Shown here: positions 7,656 through 16,684 of the stretch, one piece after another
Position numbering within the stretch: position 1 is the first letter of the stretch
Layout of the letters: the number at the start of each line of letters is the position of its first letter
Source of the DNA: an uncultured archaeon
Lineage (GTDB): Archaea > Asgardarchaeota > Lokiarchaeia > Sigyniarchaeales > SOKP01
NCBI GenBank assembly: GCA_964508365.1
Contig: CAZDTP010000071.1
Location: 1-16,702, forward strand
Direction: 5' to 3'
DNA length: 16,702 nucleotides
Notes under the pieces: model-generated
Database searches by the model: none
What the model was told of the DNA's origin: nothing
The model's input: only the letters and a program-made list of their open reading frames with translations
Position numbers and translations under genes: made by a program

Positions 7656-8063
7656 ATGTTAGATAATATTGATCTTAAATTAAAGTTAAAAATAATGTAC
7701 ATTATAACTATTGTTCTTGCAGGAGGCTTTGGATTACTGATGCTGATTGTTCCAAGTTTTGTGATAACGCTTTTATCACAACCAGCTCAAGATTTATATC
7801 TTTATGGGGTTGCAGCAGCTATATGGGCTACCTTTGGATTATTAGCAATTTTAGGATTGCGTGATCCCATCAAATATATGCCTATACTTCTATTTCAGTT
7901 TATTTATAAATTAATTTGGATATTTGCAGTCTTTTTACCTAATTTAGTAGTTGATGGAGCACGTTTTGATACGATTTTCTTATTGCTAGTTTTTATACTT
8001 TTTATTGTCGGAGATTTTCTTACATTACCGTTCAAAGAGTTAATTAAGGGAAAAGCAGAATAA
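7656..8063 (+). CDS. Small 4-TM membrane protein of unknown function
   Basis: Four hydrophobic helices; motif GLRDPIKYMPILLFQFIYKLIW resembles a widespread uncharacterised family; GAGG just upstream of ATG. Confidence 0.75.
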   Translation: MLDNIDLKLKLKIMYIITIVLAGGFGLLMLIVPSFVITLLSQPAQDLYLYGVAAAIWATFGLLAILGLRDPIKYMPILLFQFIYKLIWIFAVFLPNLVVDGARFDTIFLLLVFILFIVGDFLTLPFKELIKGKAE

Positions 8064-8134
8064 GAATTTTTATAGTAAAAAGAATTTCTTGAAATTAAAT
8101 AACTTTTTTTTATATTTACCTAATAATTTTTTCC

Positions 8135-9424
8135 TTAAGTTTTTAACCGATCGTCTTTTATCTTCCCATCTAATAACGGATCAGTCGTTTCTTTCATCCA
8201 ATTTAGTAGTTTTTGCCTTAATTCGAATAGTATATTTTCATAGGCGGGATTGTTAGCAAGATTATTAGCTTCGTTGGGATCGTTTTTTAAGTCGTAAAGT
8301 TCTTCCTCACTCCTCTCTATCTCAATTTTATCCTTGACATATTGACCTGATAATCCTCTCTCAATATCTAACGGGATTTGATAGGACCTCCTATATTTTT
8401 CGAAGTTCCTAATATACTTATATTTGCTTGTTCTAACACTCCGAATAGGATCGTATATTTCGTGGTAAGTTTTTTCTGTAAAAATATTCTGCCTGAAGGA
8501 TAGCTTAGGATTTTCCAATATTGGAAGAAAACTTTTTCCTTCAATACCTGGAGGGGTTTCACCTCCGGTAATATCAAGTAGTGTAGGCAAAAGATCGATA
8601 TTACTAATCATTTGTTCAATAACACTCCCATTATGATACAGATGAGATTTGGGCCAATTCATAATCAGAAGGGTTTTGATCCCAGGATCATATAGCGTAC
8701 ATTTAGCTCTTGGAAAAGGACTTCCGTGATCTGTTGTGAAAATAAAAAGGGTATCTTCCCTCAAACCGGTCTCTCCTAAAACTTCGATGAGTTTTCCTAT
8801 TGTTCTATCTAGAGGGTTGATAATTCCATAAAACAAACTAAGATCTTTTCGAACTTTATCGTTGTCGGGTAGAAATGGAGGAACTTTTACGGAGTACGTA
8901 TCGTCAGCTTGACTCCAAATAATAAATGGTCTGTGTATTTCAATCGTACCGATATTGAGATAAAAGGGCTTTTCATCATTTTTATGATTCTCTAAGAAAC
9001 TTTCGTATTCGCTGAACATTCTTTTCGTATCGTATTTGTAATCTTTCATTCTTTTGCTAAAAGAGTCGTAACCTAAAGTCTTTACATCCGTTGCTTCATG
9101 TTGTAAACCAATTAAATGGGTTGAATAACCAGATTCTCTGAGGTACATAGGAATAGTTTTGTTACTAGAGGGTAGAGACCAACCACGATTAACCAACCCC
9201 ATCAAACCATTTTGATGTGGATAAAGAGATGTTTGGATACTTCCTCGACTTGGTGAACATTGTGGTGCTGTACAAAAGTAATTCGTAAATCGTATTCCGC
9301 CTTTAGCAAGATTATCAAGATTTGGCGTGTGTAAAGAATTTGGCGTTTGAGGTGTATCGTAACAGCCTAAAAATTGACCCTGATCATGTGTGATAAATAG
9401 AATGATATTTGGTTTTTCTCTCAT
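8135..9424 (-). CDS. Cys-type sulfatase, N-sulfoglucosamine sulfohydrolase (sulfamidase)-like
   Basis: KPNIILFITHD; formylglycine motif CSPSR (C56, nt 9245-9259); DHGSPFPRAKCTLYDPG; C-terminal ELYDLKNDPNE. Confidence 0.92.
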   Translation of the reverse strand: MREKPNIILFITHDQGQFLGCYDTPQTPNSLHTPNLDNLAKGGIRFTNYFCTAPQCSPSRGSIQTSLYPHQNGLMGLVNRGWSLPSSNKTIPMYLRESGYSTHLIGLQHEATDVKTLGYDSFSKRMKDYKYDTKRMFSEYESFLENHKNDEKPFYLNIGTIEIHRPFIIWSQADDTYSVKVPPFLPDNDKVRKDLSLFYGIINPLDRTIGKLIEVLGETGLREDTLFIFTTDHGSPFPRAKCTLYDPGIKTLLIMNWPKSHLYHNGSVIEQMISNIDLLPTLLDITGGETPPGIEGKSFLPILENPKLSFRQNIFTEKTYHEIYDPIRSVRTSKYKYIRNFEKYRRSYQIPLDIERGLSGQYVKDKIEIERSEEELYDLKNDPNEANNLANNPAYENILFELRQKLLNWMKETTDPLLDGKIKDDRLKT

Positions 9425-9479
9425 ACTTAGTCAATATTTTAGGTATCATTTTAGTTTCATTTCTATTTTCCTTAATATT

Positions 9480-9495
9480 ATCGACAAATCGACAA
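9480..9495. repeat. Tandem direct repeat (ATCGACAA)x2 in the sulfatase/transporter divergent promoter region
   Basis: Exact 8-bp tandem duplication, relatively GC-rich within a very AT-rich spacer. Confidence 0.5.
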
Positions 9496-9596
9496 TTTCT
9501 TCTTATTGATGCTAACTTTAATTGTGTATTTATAATAAGAATTAATTAATTTTGGACTTTTTTTACATGAATGGAAAAGAACTTTAAAAAACAAAT

Positions 9597-9604
9597 TTTA
9601 TAAA
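9597..9604 (+). promoter_or_regulatory. TATA box candidate for the GPH transporter
   Basis: TTTATAAA preceded by the A-rich AAAAACAAA (BRE-like), about 60-70 bp upstream of the start. Confidence 0.4.
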
Positions 9605-9662
9605 GATTTCTATCTAATACTTAAACTAACGAATTTTTATTATAAAAATTAATTTAAAAATA

Positions 9663-11105
9663 GTGACTATCTTTATGGAAACTAATGAAACAGTTCGGCA
9701 TAGTAAATTAAATATGGCTAGTTACGGAGCTGGAAGTGGAGCTCGCGAATTTGTCAATATGGCTTTTAGTGCGACCGCGTATTTTTATTACGAAAGTGTG
9801 GTTGGTCTTAATGGTGGGATTGTAGCTCTCGCTATGATTTTCTTTGCAATCTATAACATGTTTAACGATCCCATATTAGGGTATTTAACTGAACGCCCAT
9901 TTAAATTCACAAGAAAATATGGAAGGCGATTTCCTTGGTTGCTAATGAGTGGGATTCCTTTGGCGCTTAGTTATATCGTAGTTTTTTGGCCTCCTGTAAC
10001 AGATCCGATATCTGGAGCCTGGATTTTGTTCGCTTGGTTACTTTTTACTTCGTGCTTATTTGATACATTCCACTCACTTTTTTTCTTAAGTTATCTTTCC
10101 CTATTTCCTGAAAAATATAAATCAAATAGAGAACGAAGAATCGCTAGTGGAATTTATATTCCTATAGGTGTAATTGGAGTAGCCTTAGGAGCAATGATAC
10201 CTCCTCTTGTCTTTAAATATCCTGGTGACGCACCTCATGCTCAAGTTTTAACGTCATTCTTAATGCAAGGAATAGTGATAGCATTAATCTGTTTGATTGG
10301 AGTTCTCCTCGCAATACCAGGTTTCCGAGAAGATCGCGACGATATAGATAATTATTTAAAGATCTACGAACAAAATCCAACACGGGATTCTTTTTTCAAG
10401 ACATTAAGTGCAGCAATAAGGCAAAAATCTTTCATAGTATATATGGTAATTTATACTTTGTATCAATCACAGATTACTACAATGCAGAATTCTATTAATT
10501 ATGCTGTATCTTTTGTAATAGATCAACCTATAGGTCTTTCAAAAAATCTTATGGCGACTTTAATTTTTGCTGCTTTTCTTGTTGGAGTAATCGTTTCAAC
10601 ACCTTTCTGGCTGCGGTATTCTCATAAAGTAAACAATAACAAAAAAGTAATGTTAATAGCTTCTGTATTTTTAGGAATTTTCACAGTACCCTTACTTTTT
10701 TTTAAAACCTATATCGCTGTTGTAATTATTATGTTTCTATGGGGTCTACCTTTAGGCGGTTTTTGGTTTATGATATTTCCAGTTATGTCTGATGTAATGG
10801 ATGAAGGGACTGTAATACATGGAAACCCTAAAGAAGGAGTTTATAGTGGATTTTCCCAATTTTTTGGTCGTTTAGGAATCGTTGCTCAATCACTTACATT
10901 TGCATTAGTACATTTTTTTACAGGTTTTAAAGAAGGTGAAATTACTCAAACAGCATCTGCACAGTGGGGAATTCAACTTCATTTAGGATTTATTCCAGCG
11001 ATATTTATATTCTGTGGAGCGTTAGTATTTTGGAAGTATTACAAACTAACACCAGAAAAAATAAATGCCAATCAGATAAAATTACACGAAATGGGTATAA
11101 AATAA
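9663..11105 (+). CDS. MFS glycoside-pentoside-hexuronide (MelB/GPH, MFS_2) cation symporter
   Basis: MASYG; YNMFNDPILGYLTER; KYGRRFPW; DEGTVIHGNPKEGVYSG; about 12 TM. The start may be ATG 9675 rather than GTG 9663. Confidence 0.9.
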   Translation: MTIFMETNETVRHSKLNMASYGAGSGAREFVNMAFSATAYFYYESVVGLNGGIVALAMIFFAIYNMFNDPILGYLTERPFKFTRKYGRRFPWLLMSGIPLALSYIVVFWPPVTDPISGAWILFAWLLFTSCLFDTFHSLFFLSYLSLFPEKYKSNRERRIASGIYIPIGVIGVALGAMIPPLVFKYPGDAPHAQVLTSFLMQGIVIALICLIGVLLAIPGFREDRDDIDNYLKIYEQNPTRDSFFKTLSAAIRQKSFIVYMVIYTLYQSQITTMQNSINYAVSFVIDQPIGLSKNLMATLIFAAFLVGVIVSTPFWLRYSHKVNNNKKVMLIASVFLGIFTVPLLFFKTYIAVVIIMFLWGLPLGGFWFMIFPVMSDVMDEGTVIHGNPKEGVYSGFSQFFGRLGIVAQSLTFALVHFFTGFKEGEITQTASAQWGIQLHLGFIPAIFIFCGALVFWKYYKLTPEKINANQIKLHEMGIK

Positions 11106-11113
11106 AAATTATT

Positions 11114-11136
11114 AAAAAAAAATTTCTTTTTTTTTT
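11114..11136. terminator. Bidirectional A/T-tract terminator between convergent genes
   Basis: A9 (11114-11122) then T10 (11127-11136) between the stops at 11105 (+) and 11184 (-). Confidence 0.5.
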
Positions 11137-11183
11137 CTAGTTTGTCAGTAGCTCTTTGTTTATTTATTGATATAAGAAAATTT

Positions 11184-12446
11184 TTACTTAAAAGCATCGT
11201 CTATTAATTCAACAAAATTTAAAGAAAGGGCTAAAAAGTCTTTCAATACGTGCTTACTTATATTTTCGGGTGAATCTTTTACCGAGTGCCAATTAATAGC
11301 TTTATTTTTTTTACTTTCTGCTCCAAATACTGAGGCTGCTTTATATCCACTATGGATATATCTACAAGCATCACATGAACCAATTATTAAGCTCCCAATG
11401 TCTAACTTTAATATATTTGGGTTCTCTTTTTTAGCATTTTTATAAGCAATTTGAAGTTTTTCGTTAATTTCTTTAGTATAAGCTTTAGTATGCATATCTT
11501 TTTCGATTAAAAGAATTCGGTCAGCAGCTCCGCAACATTCTAAAACTACAGCATACGCATTATCTAAAATGCCCATTTTTCCATACTTTTCTACGAATGC
11601 CTTTGCTCCCCTATCGCCCACTTCTTCACTTCCTTGGGAGCCTATCCATACCTCTACATGTTGTGGTCTATTTTCACTTAAAATTTTTCCGATGGCCGCA
11701 GAAACTGCACTAGCTGATAGATTATCATTTGCCCCTAGAACAACTGTGTTTCCTAAAAATCCTTTTAATAACAAGATAAAAAACGGATAGATGAAAATAA
11801 GGGAAAAGAAATAGATTGTATCAATGTGCGTCCAAGAAAAGATCGTCCAATTAAATATAACTATAGCACTACCTGATATAAATTGAGCGATAAATTTCCA
11901 AATAGAGAATATGATTGTATGAATCATAAAATAGATTCCTACTCCGGCAACGAGTTGGCGTATCCGAGGTTTATAGCTTGCAATATTCATTTCTTTTGCA
12001 CTATCAGTATGTCCTTCGAAAATAATGCGAAATTTAACTTCTCCAATAGGTTTTATTATTCCAAATACATTACTAGATTTTTTAGTCTTGAATAGAAACC
12101 CAATCCATCCTTTCATCAAAAATAACTCGCTATAGAGTATTACTATACCAAGAATTACAAGTATAAAAGATAGTAGAGAAAACGGGAAAATTAAAGTCAT
12201 AAATAAAGGAGAAATTCCGCCTAAAAATCCAGCTACCTTAATAAAGCCTTGGGGATACATCGCAGGTCGCGTTTCAAACTCGTCAATGAAGGTTTCGTCG
12301 CAAAATTGGTCAAGTTCTTTTTTTATCCAAATATTTGCGTTCTTCTCAGCATCGCTACAAGAATATCTTGGTCCAAACTTCGTACAGATTGTATCTATGA
12401 AACTAAACATATAATCAGAAAAAGATTCATCTATTTTCATAATCAA
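11184..12446 (-). CDS. M28 family zinc metallopeptidase with transmembrane insertions
   Basis: EGHTDS, GANDNLSA, GSEEVG, VLECCG and NWHS..DSPEN ligand motifs; two hydrophobic hairpins inserted. Confidence 0.88.
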   Translation of the reverse strand: MIMKIDESFSDYMFSFIDTICTKFGPRYSCSDAEKNANIWIKKELDQFCDETFIDEFETRPAMYPQGFIKVAGFLGGISPLFMTLIFPFSLLSFILVILGIVILYSELFLMKGWIGFLFKTKKSSNVFGIIKPIGEVKFRIIFEGHTDSAKEMNIASYKPRIRQLVAGVGIYFMIHTIIFSIWKFIAQFISGSAIVIFNWTIFSWTHIDTIYFFSLIFIYPFFILLLKGFLGNTVVLGANDNLSASAVSAAIGKILSENRPQHVEVWIGSQGSEEVGDRGAKAFVEKYGKMGILDNAYAVVLECCGAADRILLIEKDMHTKAYTKEINEKLQIAYKNAKKENPNILKLDIGSLIIGSCDACRYIHSGYKAASVFGAESKKNKAINWHSVKDSPENISKHVLKDFLALSLNFVELIDDAFK

Positions 12447-12587
12447 TTCTCAACTTACATTTAGTAAAATTAATTACTATTAAGAATTCAACATAAATTT
12501 TATTTGTATCGCATTTTTTTCGAGTTTTCTAAAAATTCAAATAAAATAATTCAATACTATTCTGAAACACCTAATGAATTGTTTAAT

Positions 12588-13988
12588 ATGAGCGAAAAAA
12601 CTCCTAAATCAAAATTTATTTTTTATGACGAAACTGTAGAAGAAGAGATAATTACAGAAGAAGAGAAGACAGAAGGATTATCAGAAGAGGAAATAGAAAG
12701 GCGAAAAAGAGATCTTAAAGAACTTAAAGAAAAAAAAAAACTAGAAAGCGAATTAGAAGAAAAACAGAGAGCTGACCATCGAGAGTTATTAGAGCAGAAA
12801 ATTTTGACGATATTAAGGAAAGGGAAAGTGATTTCTAAATACGATTTAACCAATTTACTTCTCAACTCAGGGATTAAGGAATACACTTTTCGTATAAATT
12901 TAATTCAGAATGTCTTAAATCCCGAAATACCTCTAATAGGAAATGTATTGAAAAAATTGCGGTTTAGCGAAAAAGTACACTTTTCTATTGATGAGGGAGC
13001 TCATGTTTATTACACTGATTTTAAAAAAAAAACATTAAAACCTAAAGAGTTTAAACTGAGATTTGATTGGAAGAAGTATAGCATCCCTAATGGAAATAAT
13101 GAAATTTATGTGATCCTTAAAGTTCCAGGAAGTAATATTGATCCCCACCATTTACTTAGTAGCCTATATCCATACGCTGATTTTGAGGGATTTAAATTAA
13201 AAGTTGATAAAAAATACGAACAAACTAATAGTTTTCACATTATTGATGACGACATGGATGGATACTTCGACGAAGATAAACTAATACTTAAATGCCAGAC
13301 AAATGACAAAGACACCAACAAATCTCTCTATCGCGTTATACAAATAGGTAGAAAACTAATTGAAGAAATGATTAAACTCAATTTGAGGAAATCTGAGGTA
13401 CTAACGATAATAAACAAGAACGATCTTATGTTTATACCTGTCGTTCCAGTATTCAGGGCTAAAGAAAGAGGCGCCTTTTATGAGACTAAATTTACAAATG
13501 CATTAAGGATAATATATGATTTTCCTCAAAAATTTGAAGGAAAGCTAGTTTATGGTAAAATTTCCCTTATCTCTAACGAGTTAAAAGATGAAAATTTCGA
13601 CATTAAGTCATTGTATAACTTTTTTGACTCTACATTTGAGTTTCAGACCAAATCGTTTATAACACATGCGATCATGGCAGATTGGATCATCAACCCAACA
13701 AAGGCTTTGAATTACTTAAAGGATGATGAAGAACTGAAAAAATTAATTGAAGAATATTTACAAGATATCGATACAGACAGGATAATTCAAGAAAAGTTAG
13801 AACAATCAATGGAAAAGAGCGAATTTATTAAAGACATGACCACAAACCTTTTATTAACATTACTAGGCCTTTCAATGATTACCGATTGGTTACCGTTTCA
13901 AATTATCATAATTATCTTCTTTATTCTAATAAATTTATACTATTTAATAACTAAATCTAAGAAAACCAAGAAGATCTTTTCAAAGTAG
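12588..13988 (+). CDS. Hypothetical protein: acidic/coiled-coil N-terminus, winged-helix-like domain, C-terminal 2 TM
   Basis: ORF track 12504-13988; ATG 12588 (MSEKTPK) is the more plausible start. The C-terminus has two hydrophobic helices followed by a Lys-rich tail. Confidence 0.7.
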   Translation: MSEKTPKSKFIFYDETVEEEIITEEEKTEGLSEEEIERRKRDLKELKEKKKLESELEEKQRADHRELLEQKILTILRKGKVISKYDLTNLLLNSGIKEYTFRINLIQNVLNPEIPLIGNVLKKLRFSEKVHFSIDEGAHVYYTDFKKKTLKPKEFKLRFDWKKYSIPNGNNEIYVILKVPGSNIDPHHLLSSLYPYADFEGFKLKVDKKYEQTNSFHIIDDDMDGYFDEDKLILKCQTNDKDTNKSLYRVIQIGRKLIEEMIKLNLRKSEVLTIINKNDLMFIPVVPVFRAKERGAFYETKFTNALRIIYDFPQKFEGKLVYGKISLISNELKDENFDIKSLYNFFDSTFEFQTKSFITHAIMADWIINPTKALNYLKDDEELKKLIEEYLQDIDTDRIIQEKLEQSMEKSEFIKDMTTNLLLTLLGLSMITDWLPFQIIIIIFFILINLYYLITKSKKTKKIFSK

Positions 13989-13994
13989 TTATTC

Positions 13995-14017
13995 TTTTTT
14001 CCCCTTTTTTTTTTTTT
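13995..14017 (+). terminator. Oligo-T terminator
   Basis: T6-CCCC-T13 immediately after stop 13988. Confidence 0.55.
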
Positions 14018-14147
14018 AAATCAGAATTTAGATTATTGTATAATTCATCTGTTAATAAAAATTGAGGTCAGATTTTTATTTTGAAATTAACTAATTTTAA
14101 TTCAATATTATCTAACTAAAACAAATGAAAACTTCAAAGGTGTAGAC

Positions 14148-14822
14148 GTGTTAAAAATGAGTCGTCTTTTGAAAAAAAAAACCGCTTACTTAATAATAGG
14201 TATTAGTATAGCATGTTTGATACTTGGTCCAATAATGGGAGTATTATTAGATAAAGTGACAGTTTACGATATGAGCACTCAACCTATGAAAGAAGATAGC
14301 AGTTTAGGAATTACGAAAGCATTCGCTCATCAAGCAACTTTAGTTAAAGATCAAAAACTTATAATTGAAATTTCAGATTTTTATCCAAATTCAAGTGTTA
14401 CTATAAAAATTATTGCTAAGAGCATGTATGATCGAGCATACAGTTTGAATAGCACTCCTAGCGGAATTACAGGTTTAGAATTTGTTTATTCTGAATTTGG
14501 ATGGGGTTCAACACCTGCTGGAAGCACTAACGGAGCTACAGTATTATCCTTACCTGGTAACGGAATTTATTTCTATATCGAATTTATGGGTGATAGAGTA
14601 GGTGATTCGTTAATATCTTGGCCAGGTGATTATTATGTTGTAGTTTATGGAACTAATTCAGGTTCAGTTTCAGCAACAGATGTATTTTTTGATATTAACA
14701 TAAAAGTTGATGGTCCAGGAGAGACTTTGAATGATCTTTTAATAATTGTAGGAGCACTCATTCTAGTTGCTTACGCTATCCTAGCATTAATATCAATTTT
14801 AAAAGCAAATTATCTTAGGTGA
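14148..14822 (+). CDS. Membrane protein anchored at both ends with an extracellular beta-rich domain
   Basis: N-terminal Lys patch plus TM, Gly/Ser/Thr-rich beta-type middle (GDYYVVVYGTN), two N-x-S/T sequons, C-terminal TM. The start may be ATG 14157. Confidence 0.75.
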   Translation: MLKMSRLLKKKTAYLIIGISIACLILGPIMGVLLDKVTVYDMSTQPMKEDSSLGITKAFAHQATLVKDQKLIIEISDFYPNSSVTIKIIAKSMYDRAYSLNSTPSGITGLEFVYSEFGWGSTPAGSTNGATVLSLPGNGIYFYIEFMGDRVGDSLISWPGDYYVVVYGTNSGSVSATDVFFDINIKVDGPGETLNDLLIIVGALILVAYAILALISILKANYLR

Positions 14823-14828
14823 TTAAAA

Positions 14829-15302
14829 ATGGGGACAGAAGAAAGAAAAGTAAGCTTATTAGATACATTACCGGTCATGAATAAGGAAAAAGCTACTAAA
14901 TTCCTAATATATGGATTATTAGTAGCAATCATTTTTGGAACCATACTCATGATTAGTAAATCTATTGCAGATAATGCTGCTACATGGTTATTATTAGAAA
15001 ACCAACAAAACGAAATGAACTATATGCAAGGATTATATGGGTATAATGATTATATCGTAAAGGTTGAAAGAGCGAATTTAATCAGATATTGGATGGAATA
15101 TCAGGTAATTATTATTGGAAATATAGCTAGAATCGGTGTAAATGTTGGTTTATTTTTCATTGTGGTAGCATTTCTGAGTTTTGCTTTAAACGACAAATTT
15201 GACGAAAAATCAAGAAGAATATATCTTATTCTAGCTGGTGCTATTCTGTTTGTAATCATGGTAACCACATTTTTCTCTCAAATTGCGGTTCAAGTATTTT
15301 AA
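14829..15302 (+). CDS. Three-TM hypothetical membrane protein
   Basis: Three hydrophobic helices; starts 6 nt after the previous stop, so it is likely in the same operon. Confidence 0.75.
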   Translation: MGTEERKVSLLDTLPVMNKEKATKFLIYGLLVAIIFGTILMISKSIADNAATWLLLENQQNEMNYMQGLYGYNDYIVKVERANLIRYWMEYQVIIIGNIARIGVNVGLFFIVVAFLSFALNDKFDEKSRRIYLILAGAILFVIMVTTFFSQIAVQVF

Positions 15303-15407
15303 ATCTAAATAATTTTCTCCTTTTTTTTATCTTTTGCTATGAAAGAGTATATATAATACTTCAAATAATTACAGATTAAATGTAACATAAGATAGGTAAA
15401 TCTCATT

Positions 15408-16622
15408 ATGAACGCTGAACAAAATAATATAAAAAGACAGGAGCTAGTTAAAGCTTCATCGTTTGCAGAATTTATTATTTTTTTGCTTTTTGCACTAGGT
15501 CCTTTAACGGGTAATGTCATTCTTATCCTATTTGGAGTGCTGTCCGATGAATTTGATGTTTTACCTAGTGTATTATTAATAACAATCCCTGCGTTTATGT
15601 TTCCACTTGCCTTAGTGCAATTATTTTCAGGGGCAATTTCAGATGTGAAAGGAAGATATCCCGTAATTTTAATAGGACTGTCAATTTTTGGAATAGGAAT
15701 GATCGTAGCATCGTTATCCTTCTCGCTGATGGTTTTTATTATTGCAAATATATTAGGTGGAATTGGTTTTGGTTTTGTGAATCCAGTTTTAATAGCATTG
15801 ATTACAGATATAACCCCAGGACCTAAAATCTCTAAAAAAATCGGATTACTTGGTGCTGTTGCTAATTTGGGAGTTGGAGTTGGTCCTTTACTAGCTGGAC
15901 AGATATTAATATTAGGGTGGAGATATCTTTACATAATTTTTGTAGTTGTTATTGCTATAGGTTTCATAATAATCTTTAGTCTAAAAAGAAACCAACCAAA
16001 AACTACATCAGAAATGGAAATCCGAATATTTTTCTCACACATGGGGAAAGAAATTCGAAGACCTGTAGTATTACTATTGATTCTGTCAGCTTTTTTGGTT
16101 TCCCATACTTTTAGTGCAACGATTATATGGACTTCGCGATCATTTACAAATGTAATTCCTGAGAATATTTCAAGTGTGGTTATATTACTATTTGGGATCA
16201 TGGGTTTTGTATCTGGATACATCGCGGGGATAACGATTAAGAAGAAAGGGATAAGGTTTACTCTATCTATGGGATTGACTTCACTTATTATAGCTGATAT
16301 CATTTTAGTTATTTTCGGGGATAATAGTTTTGAAGCCCTTGTTTTAACTACTACAGGTTTGATGTTTATGGGCTTCGCAGGTGGATCTTTATTTACTTCT
16401 CTCATGTATTACAGTCAAATATTATCTCAAGAAAGGAGAGGCGCTCTTGCTGGCTTAACTACAGCAGGGTTATTTATTGGAATTTCTTTTGTTCCTATAA
16501 CTTTTGAAGCCCTCTTTAATTTTGGAGGAATTTCCTTAGTATATGGAGCAATTTTAGTTATATCTTTAATATTAACAATTGTATTAACAATTCTGAATAT
16601 GCTAGCAAAGAAACTTCCATAA
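15408..16622 (+). CDS. MFS_1 transporter (DHA1 drug/metabolite:H+ antiporter-like)
   Basis: Motif A GAISDVKGRYPV; motif C-like NLGVGVGPLLAG; about 12 TM. Confidence 0.9.
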   Translation: MNAEQNNIKRQELVKASSFAEFIIFLLFALGPLTGNVILILFGVLSDEFDVLPSVLLITIPAFMFPLALVQLFSGAISDVKGRYPVILIGLSIFGIGMIVASLSFSLMVFIIANILGGIGFGFVNPVLIALITDITPGPKISKKIGLLGAVANLGVGVGPLLAGQILILGWRYLYIIFVVVIAIGFIIIFSLKRNQPKTTSEMEIRIFFSHMGKEIRRPVVLLLILSAFLVSHTFSATIIWTSRSFTNVIPENISSVVILLFGIMGFVSGYIAGITIKKKGIRFTLSMGLTSLIIADIILVIFGDNSFEALVLTTTGLMFMGFAGGSLFTSLMYYSQILSQERRGALAGLTTAGLFIGISFVPITFEALFNFGGISLVYGAILVISLILTIVLTILNMLAKKLP

Positions 16623-16660
16623 CTAAACAAAGAAAAAGAAATAACTGAATAAAATCATTT

Positions 16661-16684
16661 AATTTTTTAATTTTTTAATTTTTT
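16661..16684 (+). repeat. (AATTTTTT)x3 tandem repeat, probable terminator tract
   Basis: Three exact 8-mers about 40 bp after the MFS stop. Confidence 0.45.

Noticed and set aside
8368-8577. 69-aa ORF within the sulfatase
   Set aside because: Alternate frame on the same strand, inside a conserved catalytic region; no recognisable features.
11569-12464. ORFs 11569-11790, 11883-12095 and 12249-12464
   Set aside because: Alternate-frame ORFs nested in the M28 peptidase gene.
12504-12587. N-terminal 28 codons of the 494-aa ORF
   Set aside because: Begins at a non-ATG codon in AT-rich spacer-like sequence; ATG 12588 is preferred.
12623-12886. Ser-rich 87-aa antisense ORF
   Set aside because: Mirror of the Glu/Lys-rich sense codons.
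12730-14181. Poly-A runs (A11 at 12730, A10 at 13023, A10 at 14172) as phase-variation or frameshift sites
   Set aside because: All are in frame as Lys codons in an AT-rich genome, and the ORFs are intact.
15305-16630. Minus-strand ORFs 15305-15520, 15929-16405 and 16427-16630
   Set aside because: Antisense to the MFS gene; long antisense frames are common opposite hydrophobic, T-rich genes.
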